DNA of 64,000 bases from positions 52,224 through 116,223 of the forward strand of contig CAKUGQ010000004.1 in the NCBI GenBank assembly GCA_934654755.1, written 5' to 3'. The notes under the pieces were generated by a model. The model ran no database searches. It was not told the DNA's origin and saw only the letters and a list, made by a program, of their open reading frames with translations. Positions 30,079-40,802 of the stretch are shown here, piece by piece. The position numbers and the translations under genes were made by a program. The stretch's first letter is position 1; every line of letters begins with the position of its first letter. This stretch comes from an uncultured Oscillospiraceae bacterium. GTDB taxonomy: Bacteria > Bacillota > Clostridia > Oscillospirales > Oscillospiraceae.

Positions 30079-30642
30079 ATGATCGTCGGTCTCGGAAACC
30101 CCGGCGACAACTACGCCCGCACGCGGCATAACGCGGGCTTCCGTGCCGTCGATGCGCTGGCGGCAGAGCTCGGCGTAAGGATCGACCGCGCGAAGTTCCG
30201 CGGTCTTTATGCGCAGGCGAGCCGGCAGGGGCGGAAGCTCGTGCTGCTCAAGCCGCAGACCTTTATGAACGAGTCCGGCCTGTCCGTTATGGATGCGGCG
30301 CGCTTCTATAAGCTGCCGCCGGAGCGGATTGTTGTCCTGTTTGACGACATCTCTCTGGATGTCGGCCGCCTGCGCGTCCGCGCGGACGGCTCCGCCGGAG
30401 GGCACAACGGCATCAAATCCATCATCGGCTGTCTGAACAGCCAGAGCTTTCCGCGGGTGAAAATCGGCGTGGGCGCAAAGCCCCACCCGGACTATGACCT
30501 TGCAGACTGGGTGCTGTCAAATTTCACCAAGCCGGAGGAGACGCTGCTCGCACCCGCGCTGGAGCGCGCCGGGCAGGCGGCGCTGGCGCTGATTGACGGC
30601 GGCGTTGAAGCGGCGGCAAACCGTTTCAATGGGGCAAAATAA
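30079..30642 (+). CDS. pth: Peptidyl-tRNA hydrolase
   Basis: MIVGLGNPG...TRHNAGF...GGHNGIKS. A start at 30049 is also possible. Confidence 0.85.
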   Translation: MIVGLGNPGDNYARTRHNAGFRAVDALAAELGVRIDRAKFRGLYAQASRQGRKLVLLKPQTFMNESGLSVMDAARFYKLPPERIVVLFDDISLDVGRLRVRADGSAGGHNGIKSIIGCLNSQSFPRVKIGVGAKPHPDYDLADWVLSNFTKPEETLLAPALERAGQAALALIDGGVEAAANRFNGAK

Positions 30643-30721
30643 TGCAATATAGCCATGCAATCGACGGAAAACGGGGCGCTTCCCCGTTTTCCGCATTGCT
30701 GCGTGGAGCAAAGCCCGGACG

Positions 30722-30845
30722 ATGTCATTGCGAGGGCGGCTTCGCCGCCCGTGGCAATCTCTTGTCAAACCCCGCACTAGATTGCCGCGTCGGGCTTGCG
30801 TCCTCCCCGCAATGACACGGACATTCACTGTCATTGCGAGACTTG
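30722..30845. repeat. Palindromic intergenic repeat (copy 6)
   Basis: GTCATTGCGAGGGCGGCTTCGCCGCCCGTGGCAATCTCTTG...AGATTGCCGCGTCGGGCTTGCGTCCTCCCCGCAATGAC plus an extra GTCATTGCGAGAC. Confidence 0.7.
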
Positions 30846-30903
30846 CGCCGGGCGTGCCCAAAAACGCGGCAAAACTTATCCTATCTATCCACCGGAGGCA
30901 ATT

Positions 30904-33900
30904 ATGGAACAGTTACTCAAGCTGCTGCGGCGGCTGCCGGAATACGAAACGCTGCGCAAAACCGTCGATGCCGGCCGTGCGGCGGGCGTTTCCGGCGCGG
31001 CGCAGATCAACCGCTCCCACCTGATCGCTTCGCTTGCAAGCGATACACAGCGGCCCGTGGTGGTCGTGTGCCAGGATGAGCTGGCCGCGCGGCGTACGCA
31101 GATGGAGCTTGCTGCCTTTCTCGGCACGCAGGCGCCCGTTCTTCCCTCTCGCGATCTGACATTTTATGATGCTTCCGCCATCTCGCGCAGCTGGGAACAG
31201 AAACGGCTGCGCCAGCTCTACGATCTTGCGTTGGGTAAAACGCCGCTGCAAATCGTCACATGGGAGGCACTGGCACTGCGCACGGTACCGCGCGACGTGC
31301 TGTTTTCCTGCGCGATCACTCTCCGCCCCGGCGCGCAGCTTGCGCCGGAGGCACTGTGTGAGCGGCTTGTCCGTGCGGGCTATACCCGGGGTACGCTTGT
31401 TGAAGGCGTCGGCCAGTTCTCCGTGCGCGGCGGCATTCTCGATCTGTTCTCTCCGGCACATGACGCGCCCTTGCGCGTGGAGTTTTTCGGCGACGAGATC
31501 GACGCCATGGGCTTTTTTGACCCCGCGACGCAGCGGCGCACCGAAAACGCCGACAGCGCGGTCGTTCTGCCCGTGGCGGAAACCTTGCCCGGCCTCCACC
31601 CCGGCGGCGCAGAGGGTCTTGCCGAAGCGCTGCGCTCGCTGCACGAGAAGCAAAAGCGTCGCCGTGTGGTCAACGAGGCTCTCTGCACGACGCTGGAAAA
31701 GGATGAAAAGACCGTTGCGGACGGCCTGAGCTTTTCCGCCGCCGATCGCTATATGGCACTGATCTATCCCGAATTTGCCACCGCCGCCGACTATTTCCCA
31801 GCCGACGCGCTGGTTTTCTTCTGCGACCACGGCAATTTGCGCCGCGCTGCCGCGCGGCAGCTTGAGGAGCAGGGCATGATGCTTGACAGCCTGCTGCAAA
31901 GCGGCCTTCTGTGCGGCGAGCTGTGCGATTTTTCGGCCGACTGGGAGCGCCTGTGTGATGGATTGCGCGGCCGGCCGGCGGTGTTCCTCGATTCCTTCCT
32001 TGCCTCATCCTACCCGCAGAGTCTGCAACCGGCGGCGCTGGTGAGTATTGCAGCCAAGCAGCTTCCGAGCTATGGCGGCAGCCTTGACGCGGCGATCACC
32101 GACCTTGCCTATTATCAGAAGAATGGCTTTGCCTCGCTTGTGCTTTGCGGCAACCGGCGGCGCGGCGAGATTCTGGCGCAGCAGCTCCGCGAAAAGAACC
32201 TCTCGGCCATGCTGGCCTTCCCGCTCGGCAAGCTGCCCGAGCCGGGGCAGATTCTGCTTGCCGAGGGTGCGCTGCCGAGCGGTATGGAGTACCCGGAGCT
32301 TGCCTTTGCCGTTCTGACGGAGGGACAGCTTTTGTCTCAACCGCAGAAAACCCCGCGTAAACGGAAGGCGCCTGCCACAAACCGCCAGAAGCTCAGCTCC
32401 TTTGCCGATCTTTCGCCGGGCGACCTGGTGGTGCATGAGTACCACGGCATCGGCCGCTATGTGTGCATGGAGCAGATTCGCGTAGACGGTGCGGTGAAGG
32501 ATTATGTGAAGATCGCCTATCAGGGGACGGACACGCTCTATGTCCCCGCAACGCAGCTCGATCTTGTGTCCAAGTACATCGGCGCGGGCGAGGATGCGGC
32601 CGTCAAGCTCAATAAGCTCGGCGGCGACCAGTGGCAGAAAACCAAGGCGCGCACGAAGGCCGCCGTCAAGGATCTGGCCGAGGGACTCATCAAGCTCTAT
32701 GCCGAGCGTAAGCGCCGCATGGGCTATGCCTTTGCTGCCGACAGCCCGTGGCAGACGGAGTTTGAACAGAATTTCCCCTACACCGAGACGGACGACCAGC
32801 TCCGTTCCATCGCGGAGATCAAAAACGATATGGAATCGCCGCAGCCGATGGAACGGCTTTTGTGCGGCGACGTCGGCTTCGGTAAGACCGAGGTTGCGCT
32901 GCGTGCGGCGATGAAGGCCATGCTCGACGGCAAGCAGGTCGCCGTTCTGGTGCCGACGACTGTGCTGGCACAGCAGCATTATACTACCGCGCTCAACCGT
33001 TTCCAGGGCTTCCCGATCCACATCGGGATGCTCTCGCGTTTCTGTACGCCCGCGCAGCAGAAGAAAAACCTGGCCGATTTGCGCGCGGGGAATCTGGATA
33101 TGATCGTCGGCACGCATAAGCTGCTGCAGAAGGAGGTTGAGTTCAAGAATCTCGGCCTGCTCATCGTCGACGAGGAACAGCGCTTCGGCGTGACACACAA
33201 GGAAAAGCTCAAGGAGCTGGCGCGCGGCGTGGACGTTCTGACACTTTCGGCCACGCCCATTCCGCGCACGCTGAATATGGCGCTGTCCGGGCTGCGCGAT
33301 ATGTCCACCATTGAGGAGCCGCCGCACGACCGCTACCCCGTGCAGACCTTTGTGCTGGAATACGCTGAGCCGGTGCTCATTGACGCGATGCGCCGTGAGC
33401 TGGAGCGCGGCGGGCAGGTGTACTATCTGCACAACCGCGTGGAGACCATCGCCCAGTGTGCCGCGCGCATCCGTCAGGCGCTGCCGGATGCCGAGGTGGG
33501 CATTGCCCACGGTAAAATGACCGAGGACGAGCTGAGCGACGTGATGCAGCGCATGGCCGACGGGGACATCCGTATTCTGGTCTGCACGACCATCATCGAG
33601 ACGGGCATCGATATCCCGAACGTCAACACCCTGATTATCGAGGACGCCGACAAGCTCGGCCTTGCTCAGCTTCATCAGATCCGCGGCCGTGTCGGCCGCA
33701 GCAGCCGCCACGCCTTTGCCTATCTGACCTTCCGCAAGGGCAAGGTGCTTACGGAGGTGGCGGAAAAGCGGCTCAACGCGATCCGCGATTATGCGGAGTT
33801 CGGCTCCGGCTTCAAGATCGCCATGCGCGACCTGGAGATCCGCGGCGCAGGCAATCTGCTCGGCGCGGCGCAGTCCGGCCATATGGTCAGCGTCGGCTAT

Positions 33901-34428
33901 GACCTCTATCTGAAGCTGCTGGAGGATGCCGTGCTGGAGGAGCGCGGCGAAAAGCCCGTCTGCGAGTCGTCCTGCACCGCCGATCTGGATGTGACGGCGA
34001 ATATTGACAAGCAATATGTCCCATCCGGTGAGCAGCGCATGGATCTGTACCGCCGTATGGCGGCCGTTCGTTCGCAGGAGGATGCCGACGAGCTGCTCGA
34101 CGAGATCGTTGACCGTTACGGCGACCCGCCCAAGGGCGTGCTGAATCTGATCGACATTGCGCTTCTGCGTGCCGAGGCTGCGGCGGTAAACGTGTGCGAT
34201 CTGAGCCAGAAGGGGCGCACGCTGCGCCTGACGTTGACGTCCTTCGAGTTTGAGCCGGTGGCGGCGCTGTGCGGTATGGCGCGCTATCAGAAGCGCCTGT
34301 TCCTTGCACCGAACAGCGAAAAGCCTCTGCTGACGCTGAACCTTGCGGCAAACGAGGATCCGCTGCGCGCGGCGCAGCAGCTTGTGCGTGACTATGCGGC
34401 CGTCACACAAAAAATGACAAAAGAATAA
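30904..34428 (+). CDS. mfd: Transcription-repair coupling factor
   Basis: About 1175 aa. UvrB-homology N-terminal domains, RNAP-interaction domain, and SF2 helicase motifs (GDVGFGKTEVA, DEEQRFG, TRIS-like C-terminus). GGAGGC RBS at MEQLLKLL. Confidence 0.9.
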   Translation: MEQLLKLLRRLPEYETLRKTVDAGRAAGVSGAAQINRSHLIASLASDTQRPVVVVCQDELAARRTQMELAAFLGTQAPVLPSRDLTFYDASAISRSWEQKRLRQLYDLALGKTPLQIVTWEALALRTVPRDVLFSCAITLRPGAQLAPEALCERLVRAGYTRGTLVEGVGQFSVRGGILDLFSPAHDAPLRVEFFGDEIDAMGFFDPATQRRTENADSAVVLPVAETLPGLHPGGAEGLAEALRSLHEKQKRRRVVNEALCTTLEKDEKTVADGLSFSAADRYMALIYPEFATAADYFPADALVFFCDHGNLRRAAARQLEEQGMMLDSLLQSGLLCGELCDFSADWERLCDGLRGRPAVFLDSFLASSYPQSLQPAALVSIAAKQLPSYGGSLDAAITDLAYYQKNGFASLVLCGNRRRGEILAQQLREKNLSAMLAFPLGKLPEPGQILLAEGALPSGMEYPELAFAVLTEGQLLSQPQKTPRKRKAPATNRQKLSSFADLSPGDLVVHEYHGIGRYVCMEQIRVDGAVKDYVKIAYQGTDTLYVPATQLDLVSKYIGAGEDAAVKLNKLGGDQWQKTKARTKAAVKDLAEGLIKLYAERKRRMGYAFAADSPWQTEFEQNFPYTETDDQLRSIAEIKNDMESPQPMERLLCGDVGFGKTEVALRAAMKAMLDGKQVAVLVPTTVLAQQHYTTALNRFQGFPIHIGMLSRFCTPAQQKKNLADLRAGNLDMIVGTHKLLQKEVEFKNLGLLIVDEEQRFGVTHKEKLKELARGVDVLTLSATPIPRTLNMALSGLRDMSTIEEPPHDRYPVQTFVLEYAEPVLIDAMRRELERGGQVYYLHNRVETIAQCAARIRQALPDAEVGIAHGKMTEDELSDVMQRMADGDIRILVCTTIIETGIDIPNVNTLIIEDADKLGLAQLHQIRGRVGRSSRHAFAYLTFRKGKVLTEVAEKRLNAIRDYAEFGSGFKIAMRDLEIRGAGNLLGAAQSGHMVSVGYDLYLKLLEDAVLEERGEKPVCESSCTADLDVTANIDKQYVPSGEQRMDLYRRMAAVRSQEDADELLDEIVDRYGDPPKGVLNLIDIALLRAEAAAVNVCDLSQKGRTLRLTLTSFEFEPVAALCGMARYQKRLFLAPNSEKPLLTLNLAANEDPLRAAQQLVRDYAAVTQKMTKE

Positions 34429-34518
34429 CATTTGGTTTCAGCCTCGTAGTTGCATTTTGTTGACAATGCGCTTATAATGGAGGAAAAACCCTGCGTTTTC
34501 GCAGATCGGAGGCTGCCA

Positions 34519-36447
34519 ATGGGAGCTTATGAACGTAAAAAACCGGTAAAGCGGCGCAAAAAACGCCGCATCTGGCCGTTTGTTCTGGCCGGTGCGCTGC
34601 TGCTTGCGCTTGTGTGCGCCGGTGTCGCCGGCGCGCTGCTGCTGCGTGACGACGGCAGGATCGTAAATAATGTCTATATTGCCGGCATTCCCGTCGGCGG
34701 CATGACGATGGACGAGGCGCGCGCCGCGCTCAAGGTCGGCATCGCCTACGATCAGGATGTCACCGTCCGGCTGCTCACCGCCTACCCGGAGTATTCGTCC
34801 TATACGACGACTTACGACCTCAAGAAAGACGAGCCCGTGGACGAGTTCGGTGCGCCGTACCTGTCGAACAGCGTTGAAAAAGGACCGTCGATGGACGGTA
34901 TCAAGGTCACTACGGTGCGGCCGGAGGAGGTCATCGACGGCAGGACCTTCTGGCTTGACCGCAGCGTTGTGTTCTCCGCGCAGGAGGCCGACATTGAATT
35001 TGATGTGGATGCCGTTTTGCAGCGGGTCTATGCGATGGGGCGCAGCGGCAGTATTTTCTCGCGCGTGCGCAGCAATATGTATCTGTCGCGTTACGATGTA
35101 GATATTTCCGAAGACCTTCATGTGAATGAGACCGCGCTCCGCAGCCGGATCGAGACGCTGCGTGCGGAGGTGCTGCAGACCGGCGCTCAGACGCTTGTGC
35201 GCAAGGAGCCGGAGGCGCTGCACCTGACCCTCGGCGCTCTCAGCCGCAGTCTGGATGACGACGCGCTGTATGATGCCGTGCTTCAGGCCTTTCTGACCGG
35301 TACGCGGAGCGTTACGGCGATCTATCAGGAGGTTGCGCCGGAACCCATCGACCTCGACGCACTCTATGCGCAATACTGCGCCGCGCCAGTCAACGCCGTT
35401 TGCGATCGGAAAACCTATGAGATTACGGAGGAAACGGTCGGCTTCGGCTTCCGTATGACCGAAGCGGTTGCCGCGCTGGATGCGGCGAAGCCCGGCGACA
35501 GCCTGACGCTGCCGCTGACGGAGCTTGTGCCGCAGCATACGCGGGCATCGATCGAAGCACACCTGTTCGGCGACGTTCTGGCCGCATTCGACAGCCCGCA
35601 CGTCTATCATCCCCGCCGTACGACCAATCTGGAGCTGGTGTGCAAGGAGATTGACGGATATGTAGTAAAACCCGGCGAAACCTTCTCGTTCAATGAGGTC
35701 GTCGGCGAGCGCACGGCCGAAAAGGGCTACCAGAAGGCGGGCGTTTATGTCGGCGGTGCGACGGTCGATCAGCTCGGCGGCGGCATCTGCCAGGTTGCTT
35801 CCGTGCTCTACTGGTGTACACTCAAGAGCGAGCTGGAGGTCGTCGAGCGCGCGGAGCATGCCTATGTGCCTGACTACGTCCCCTGGGGCATGGATGCGAC
35901 GATCTACTGGGGCATTTTTGATTACCGCTTCCGCAATCAGACGGAGTATCCCGTTAAGATCGAGGCGAGCGTCTCCGGCGGCTACGTCCATATGCGCTTC
36001 CTCGGTACCGAAACGCGCGATTATACCGTCGTTCTGAGCTACAAGGCCAGCAATAAAAACGCGCATACGACGAAAACCGTCGATATTTCACCCGATATGA
36101 AGAACTACGACGCCTATAAGAGCTATAAGGAGGGAGACGTGATCCAGGTCGGCTACGACGGCTGGTTTGTGCGCACTTACCGCGAGCGTTATCGCAACGG
36201 AACGCTGCTGAGCTCGGAGCAGGTCAACACGTCGAGCTATGCCCGCCGCGATAAGCTTGTGGCACACCTGGTCAGCGCGGCCGATCCGACGCCGAAACCC
36301 ACGCCTGCGCCGACCGATCCGACGCCGGAACCCACGCCCGCGCCGACCGAGCCGACGCCGGAGCCCACGCCTGCACCGACCGAGCCGACCCCAGAGCCGA
36401 CTCCCGAACCGACGCCGGAGCCCACCGAAGCTCCGCCGGAGGAATAG
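34519..36447 (+). CDS. VanW-family protein with C-terminal Pro/Thr-rich repeat tail
   Basis: Basic N-terminus plus a TM helix. VanW core (VGGATVDQLGGGICQVASVLYW). C-terminal (PTPEPTPA)n tail. Confidence 0.72.
   Translation: MGAYERKKPVKRRKKRRIWPFVLAGALLLALVCAGVAGALLLRDDGRIVNNVYIAGIPVGGMTMDEARAALKVGIAYDQDVTVRLLTAYPEYSSYTTTYDLKKDEPVDEFGAPYLSNSVEKGPSMDGIKVTTVRPEEVIDGRTFWLDRSVVFSAQEADIEFDVDAVLQRVYAMGRSGSIFSRVRSNMYLSRYDVDISEDLHVNETALRSRIETLRAEVLQTGAQTLVRKEPEALHLTLGALSRSLDDDALYDAVLQAFLTGTRSVTAIYQEVAPEPIDLDALYAQYCAAPVNAVCDRKTYEITEETVGFGFRMTEAVAALDAAKPGDSLTLPLTELVPQHTRASIEAHLFGDVLAAFDSPHVYHPRRTTNLELVCKEIDGYVVKPGETFSFNEVVGERTAEKGYQKAGVYVGGATVDQLGGGICQVASVLYWCTLKSELEVVERAEHAYVPDYVPWGMDATIYWGIFDYRFRNQTEYPVKIEASVSGGYVHMRFLGTETRDYTVVLSYKASNKNAHTTKTVDISPDMKNYDAYKSYKEGDVIQVGYDGWFVRTYRERYRNGTLLSSEQVNTSSYARRDKLVAHLVSAADPTPKPTPAPTDPTPEPTPAPTEPTPEPTPAPTEPTPEPTPEPTPEPTEAPPEE
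36290..36440 (+). repeat. Tandem 24-nt coding repeat (PTPEPTPA units)
   Basis: ccgacgccggagcccacgcctgcaccgaccgag repeated about 5 times with variants, giving a low-complexity PT linker. Confidence 0.65.
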
Positions 36448-36494
36448 ACCCGCAGCCATGTCATGGCGGGGCTGTCCACATTTGCATATTTATG

Positions 36495-36697
36495 CCATTG
36501 CCGCAGGCGGCCGAGCCGCCTGCGGCAATTTCGTACCCCATTGTCATTGCGAGGGCGGCGCTGCCGCCCGTGGCAAACTCGCACCCTGTGTCATTGCTAG
36601 GCCACGCCGGTGGCCGTGGCAATCTCCTGCAAGACCTGACTTTAGATTGCCGCGTCGCGTCGCTCCTCGCAATGACAAGTTGGAGCGTGCCGCGCCG
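36495..36697. repeat. Palindromic intergenic repeat cluster (copy 7)
   Basis: ATTGCCGCAGGCGGCCGAGCCGCCTGCGGCAAT hairpin plus two GTCATTGC...CTCGCAATGAC units. Confidence 0.7.
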
Positions 36698-36723
36698 CTT
36701 CGCCTGCCGTAAATGGCATAACG

Positions 36724-36752
36724 ACAAAAAAGCCGCCCAAGGGCGGCTTTTT
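36724..36752. terminator. Bidirectional terminator
   Basis: aaaaaagccgcccaagggcggctttttt between convergent genes. Confidence 0.6.
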
Positions 36753-38578
36753 TACTCTTTTTTCAGCCGGGCGGCACTGGATTCCTCGGCAAACTGACGG
36801 CTGTAGAGCTCGTGATAGTAGCCATGGCGCAGCAGCAGCTCGCGGTGTGTGCCCCGTTCCACGATGCGTCCGTCGCGCACGACCAGAATCAGATCCGCTT
36901 TGCGGATGGTGGACAAACGGTGGGCGATCAGGAAAGAGGTACGGTCACGCAGCAGATGATCGATTGCGTCCTGAATGAGCTGCTCGGTCTGCGTGTCGAT
37001 GGAGGAGGTCGCTTCGTCCAGCACAAAGATGCGCGGGTCAGCCAGCACGGCACGGGCAAAGGAGATAAGCTGCTTTTCGCCGGTGGAGAGCTTATCGCCG
37101 CCTTCACCGACCTCGCTGTCCCAACCCTTTTCGAGCTTCGCGGCAACGGTATCGGCGCTGACGGCGCGTGCTGCCGCTTCTACCTCGGCATCCGTTGCGT
37201 CCAGACGGCCGTAGCGGATGTTTTCGCGCACCGTGCCGGAGAACAGATGGGGGCTTTGCAGCACATAGCCGATGCTGCTGTGCAGCCAGAGCTGGCTGCG
37301 TTCACGGTAGTCCACGCCGTCGATAAGGATCCTTCCCTCGGTCGGTTCAAAGAAGCGACAGGCCAGATTGACGAGCGTCGATTTTCCCGCGCCCGTTTCG
37401 CCGACAAGCGCGACGGTTGTGCCGTGCGGGATTTTCAAGGAGAAATGCTCCAGCACATTTTCACCGCCGTCGGGATAGCGGAATGTTACATCACAGAACT
37501 CGATGTCGCCGATGATCGGCTCCCAGTTTTCGCGCTTCGGGTGAAAAACGTCGCCGTATTTCTCGACGACCTCCGGTGTGTCGCGGACCTGCGGCTCATG
37601 ATCGATCAGGTCGGTCACACGCTCGATGGAGGCCTGAAGAGAGATAAACTCGGCAATGTTTGACGCGGCAGTGTCGATCGGGTCGAAGATGCCCACGGCG
37701 TAGGTCAGGAAGGCTGAGAGCGTTGCCAGCTCCATCGCCTGTTCGGCGACGAGCCAACCGCCGCGTACCAGCACGATAGCGACGGCCAGCGTGCTCGACA
37801 GCAGCACCAGCGGGATGAATACGGCGTTGAGCTTTGCCGCGCGGATACCGGCGTGCTGCATATCGTTCGTCAGGCTGCGGAAGCCGCCGGTCATTTTGTC
37901 TTCCATGACAAGCGTTTTACTGGTTTTTGCGCCGGTGATGCCCTCGTTGAAGGCGCCGGTGATGCGCGAGCCGAGCTTACGCACCTTGCGGTTCCAGTGC
38001 AGGATGCGGTTCTGGAAATGTCCCGTCAGGAACGCCATGGCTGGCACGATCAGCAGGATGATGAGCGCGAGCTTCCAGTCGAGGAACAGCATGACCGCAA
38101 ACGCGCCGCCGACATAGAACAGCGACCACAGCACGTCCGTGAAGTTCCATGCGATCATGCCTGCAATGCGGTTCGTGTCGTTCATCACACGGCTGAGCAG
38201 ATAGCCGACCGGCGTGACGTTGTAGAACGACAGAGAGAGCGTTTGCAGATGATGGAAGAGCTTTGCGCGCAGGTCGCGGCCGAGAGACATCTCAATCTTC
38301 ATCGAGTTGCGTCCGAAGGCGACCACGCTCGCCGATTGCATCAGGATAAAGGCAAGATAGGCCAGCACAAAAGCCCACAGCCCGCTGAGCGTGTTTTTTT
38401 CAATATAGTTTGCGATGGCATAGCGCTGAAACAGCGGCAGCACCACGTCAACAAGACCGCACAGCCCGTTGAAGGCTATCATGCCGATAAAGTCGCGGCG
38501 GTATTGCCGTATATACGGAAACAGCCGTTTCCAGATACGCCAGTCGAACGATTTGGTATATTCCTGTTCGTCAAACAA
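36752..38578 (-). CDS. ABC transporter permease/ATP-binding protein (exporter half-transporter)
   Basis: Six-TM domain plus NBD with Walker A GETGAGKST and signature LSTGEKQL. Confidence 0.85.
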   Translation of the reverse strand: MFDEQEYTKSFDWRIWKRLFPYIRQYRRDFIGMIAFNGLCGLVDVVLPLFQRYAIANYIEKNTLSGLWAFVLAYLAFILMQSASVVAFGRNSMKIEMSLGRDLRAKLFHHLQTLSLSFYNVTPVGYLLSRVMNDTNRIAGMIAWNFTDVLWSLFYVGGAFAVMLFLDWKLALIILLIVPAMAFLTGHFQNRILHWNRKVRKLGSRITGAFNEGITGAKTSKTLVMEDKMTGGFRSLTNDMQHAGIRAAKLNAVFIPLVLLSSTLAVAIVLVRGGWLVAEQAMELATLSAFLTYAVGIFDPIDTAASNIAEFISLQASIERVTDLIDHEPQVRDTPEVVEKYGDVFHPKRENWEPIIGDIEFCDVTFRYPDGGENVLEHFSLKIPHGTTVALVGETGAGKSTLVNLACRFFEPTEGRILIDGVDYRERSQLWLHSSIGYVLQSPHLFSGTVRENIRYGRLDATDAEVEAAARAVSADTVAAKLEKGWDSEVGEGGDKLSTGEKQLISFARAVLADPRIFVLDEATSSIDTQTEQLIQDAIDHLLRDRTSFLIAHRLSTIRKADLILVVRDGRIVERGTHRELLLRHGYYHELYSRQFAEESSAARLKKE

Positions 38579-40409
38579 TCGGCTCGCCCCCTTCCTCCAG
38601 CAGCGCGCGGTCGTCGCTGCTCATCTGAATGTCGTAAATGTCGCGGTAGATGCCCTTGCGTGAGATCAGTTCGGCGTGGGTACCGAAATCGGAGCACATT
38701 CCGTCTTCCAGAACGAGAATGTGATCGGCCTGCATGAGCGTGGTAATACGGTGCGAGACGAGGATGACCGTCGTGCCGCTGAGGCTTTTGTGCAGCGCGG
38801 CACGGATCCTTGCGTCCGTTTCGGCGTCTACGGCGGACAGAGAATCGTCGAAGATAATGACGGGCGTTTTTTGCAGCAGCATCCGCGCGATGGCGATACG
38901 CTGCTTCTGACCGCCGGAGAGCGTCACGCCGCGCTCGCCGATCACGGTGTCGTAGCCCTGCGGAAAGCTCTCGACGGCGTCGTCGACACAGGCGATGCGG
39001 GCCGCTTCGCGGATGCGTTCGTCCGTTGCGTCCGGGCAGGCGGCGGCAATATTCTCGCGTATGGTCTGTGAGAACAGAAACGGCTCCTGAAGCACCAGTC
39101 CGATGCCGCGCCGCAGCGACTGCCGCGAAATCTCGCGCAGATCAACGCCGCCGACGGTAATTTTTCCCTCCTGTACGTCGTACAGCCGCGCCAGAAGCTG
39201 CACCAGCGTGCTCTTGCCCGAGCCGGTGCCGCCAAGAATGGCAAAGGTCTCGCCTCTGCGAACGGTGAAGCTCAGGTCACGCAGCACCTCCTGCCCTTCA
39301 TAGGCGAAGGTCACATGGTCAAATACGATGTCGCCCTCAGGCAGCGGCTTGGCATCGGGGGCGTCCTGTTCCTCCTGCGCCTGTAAAATGTAGCCCACGC
39401 GGTCCATGGATACGCCTGCCTTGCTCATTTCCGAAAGCACGCGGCCGAGTGAACGCACCGGCCATGTCAGCGCTTCGTTATACGACACGAACGCAAGAAA
39501 GCCGCCCAGCTTCAGATTGCCGTTGACGCACTCGACGATGCCCAGCGTAACGATAACCAGTACCTGAAGTGCGGTCAGAAGCGTACCGGATGCCCAGTAG
39601 ACGGACAGAACCTTGCCCAACCGGATCCAGAGCTCCGAAAACAGGGCGTTCTTTTTCTGAAACTTGTCGTCCTCATAGCGCTCCCGGCCGAAGGCGCGTA
39701 CCACGCGAACGCCCGTCAGGTTTTCCTGCGCACAGGTCGTCAGGTCGCCCTCGGCTTCATCCGCGGCTTCAAAACGGGAGGAGATCTTTCCGTAGAAAAT
39801 GCCGGAGCTGACGGCCGTAACGGGAATGAACAGCACCGCCGCCAGCGCAAGATGCCAGTTCATGCGGAACATGATCACAAGATACACGACGAGCAGAAAC
39901 ACGGTACGCAGCACTTCCACGAGCTGATTACATACGAACGATCGAATCACGTCTACGTCCGAAGTGCAGCGCTGGATGATATCGCCGGTCGGATTGGCCT
40001 TGTGCCAGGCAAAGCTCAGGCGTTGGATATGATGGTACAGCCCGTCGCGCAGGCTTTTGACATAGCGCTCCGAGCCGCGTGAAAGTGTGACGCGCTGACC
40101 GTAGGTGCACAGACTGCGTGCCGCCGCGGCCAGAAGCACCGCCGCTGCCGCAAAGATCAGCGCACGCAGCGTGTTTTGACGCAGCGTGTCCCAGTGCAGC
40201 AGTTCCGACAGCCATGCGGGCAGCGCCGGCGGCTCTGAGCCGAGGACGGAATCGACCGTCAGCCGCACGATCTGCGGCGTCAGGGCGTTAAAAACCGTGC
40301 CGAGGCACGACAGTGCCAGTGCTGCGGCAAAGAAGCCGTAGCAGCCGCGCAGGTATTTGCCGATCAGTCGGAGCTTCTGCCCGGCCGACAGGCGGAATTT
40401 CTCTTCCAT
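38571..40409 (-). CDS. ABC transporter permease/ATP-binding protein (exporter half-transporter, likely heterodimer partner)
   Basis: TMD plus NBD (GGTGSGKST, LSGGQKQRIAIAR). 8-nt overlap with the downstream gene. Confidence 0.85.
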   Translation of the reverse strand: MEEKFRLSAGQKLRLIGKYLRGCYGFFAAALALSCLGTVFNALTPQIVRLTVDSVLGSEPPALPAWLSELLHWDTLRQNTLRALIFAAAAVLLAAAARSLCTYGQRVTLSRGSERYVKSLRDGLYHHIQRLSFAWHKANPTGDIIQRCTSDVDVIRSFVCNQLVEVLRTVFLLVVYLVIMFRMNWHLALAAVLFIPVTAVSSGIFYGKISSRFEAADEAEGDLTTCAQENLTGVRVVRAFGRERYEDDKFQKKNALFSELWIRLGKVLSVYWASGTLLTALQVLVIVTLGIVECVNGNLKLGGFLAFVSYNEALTWPVRSLGRVLSEMSKAGVSMDRVGYILQAQEEQDAPDAKPLPEGDIVFDHVTFAYEGQEVLRDLSFTVRRGETFAILGGTGSGKSTLVQLLARLYDVQEGKITVGGVDLREISRQSLRRGIGLVLQEPFLFSQTIRENIAAACPDATDERIREAARIACVDDAVESFPQGYDTVIGERGVTLSGGQKQRIAIARMLLQKTPVIIFDDSLSAVDAETDARIRAALHKSLSGTTVILVSHRITTLMQADHILVLEDGMCSDFGTHAELISRKGIYRDIYDIQMSSDDRALLEEGGEPIV

Positions 40410-40684
40410 GACATAGGTTCCTTTCCAAATATAAAAATATTGAAAAAAGACATATAAAAAGCGCCCTCTGCAAGACGCAGAGGGCGCGGGTTCCGCCTGT
40501 TACGCGGTCAGGCGGCGATGGGCGCAGGACCCCCTGTGATACTCTCTCCAACGATCACGTCCCTTTTCGATCATCCGGCGCACACCCTTTCCGACACATT
40601 TGTTAACAATATACTAAGGAATGCGCCGTTTGTCAAGTCCGAATCCGTGATTTGCCCGATAAAACCTTGCGAATTTGGGAAAAA

Positions 40685-40802
40685 TGTGCTATATTATCGT
40701 TTACAAACTGCCTGAAGGGGCGTTTTACCCGCTCCGACAGGGAAGAATTCCCATGGCGCCGCTTTGCGGTGGAAGCACGTTTCCCGGAGCGGTTTTTGCA
40801 CA
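40685..40802 (+). promoter_or_regulatory. Promoter (TGCTATATT extended -10) plus structured leader ending in a terminator-like hairpin, upstream of sufC
   Basis: TGCTATATTAT at 40687. The leader stem cccgctccg (40728-40736) pairs with cggagcgg (40785-40792) and is followed by TTTTT. Confidence 0.3.

Noticed and set aside
32005-34431. 808-aa ORF antisense to mfd
   Set aside because: mfd motifs are clear on the plus strand. The antisense frame is low-complexity.
34438-36066. 542-aa ORF antisense to the VanW gene
   Set aside because: Arg/Ala-rich antisense GC artefact. The plus strand carries the VanW core motif.
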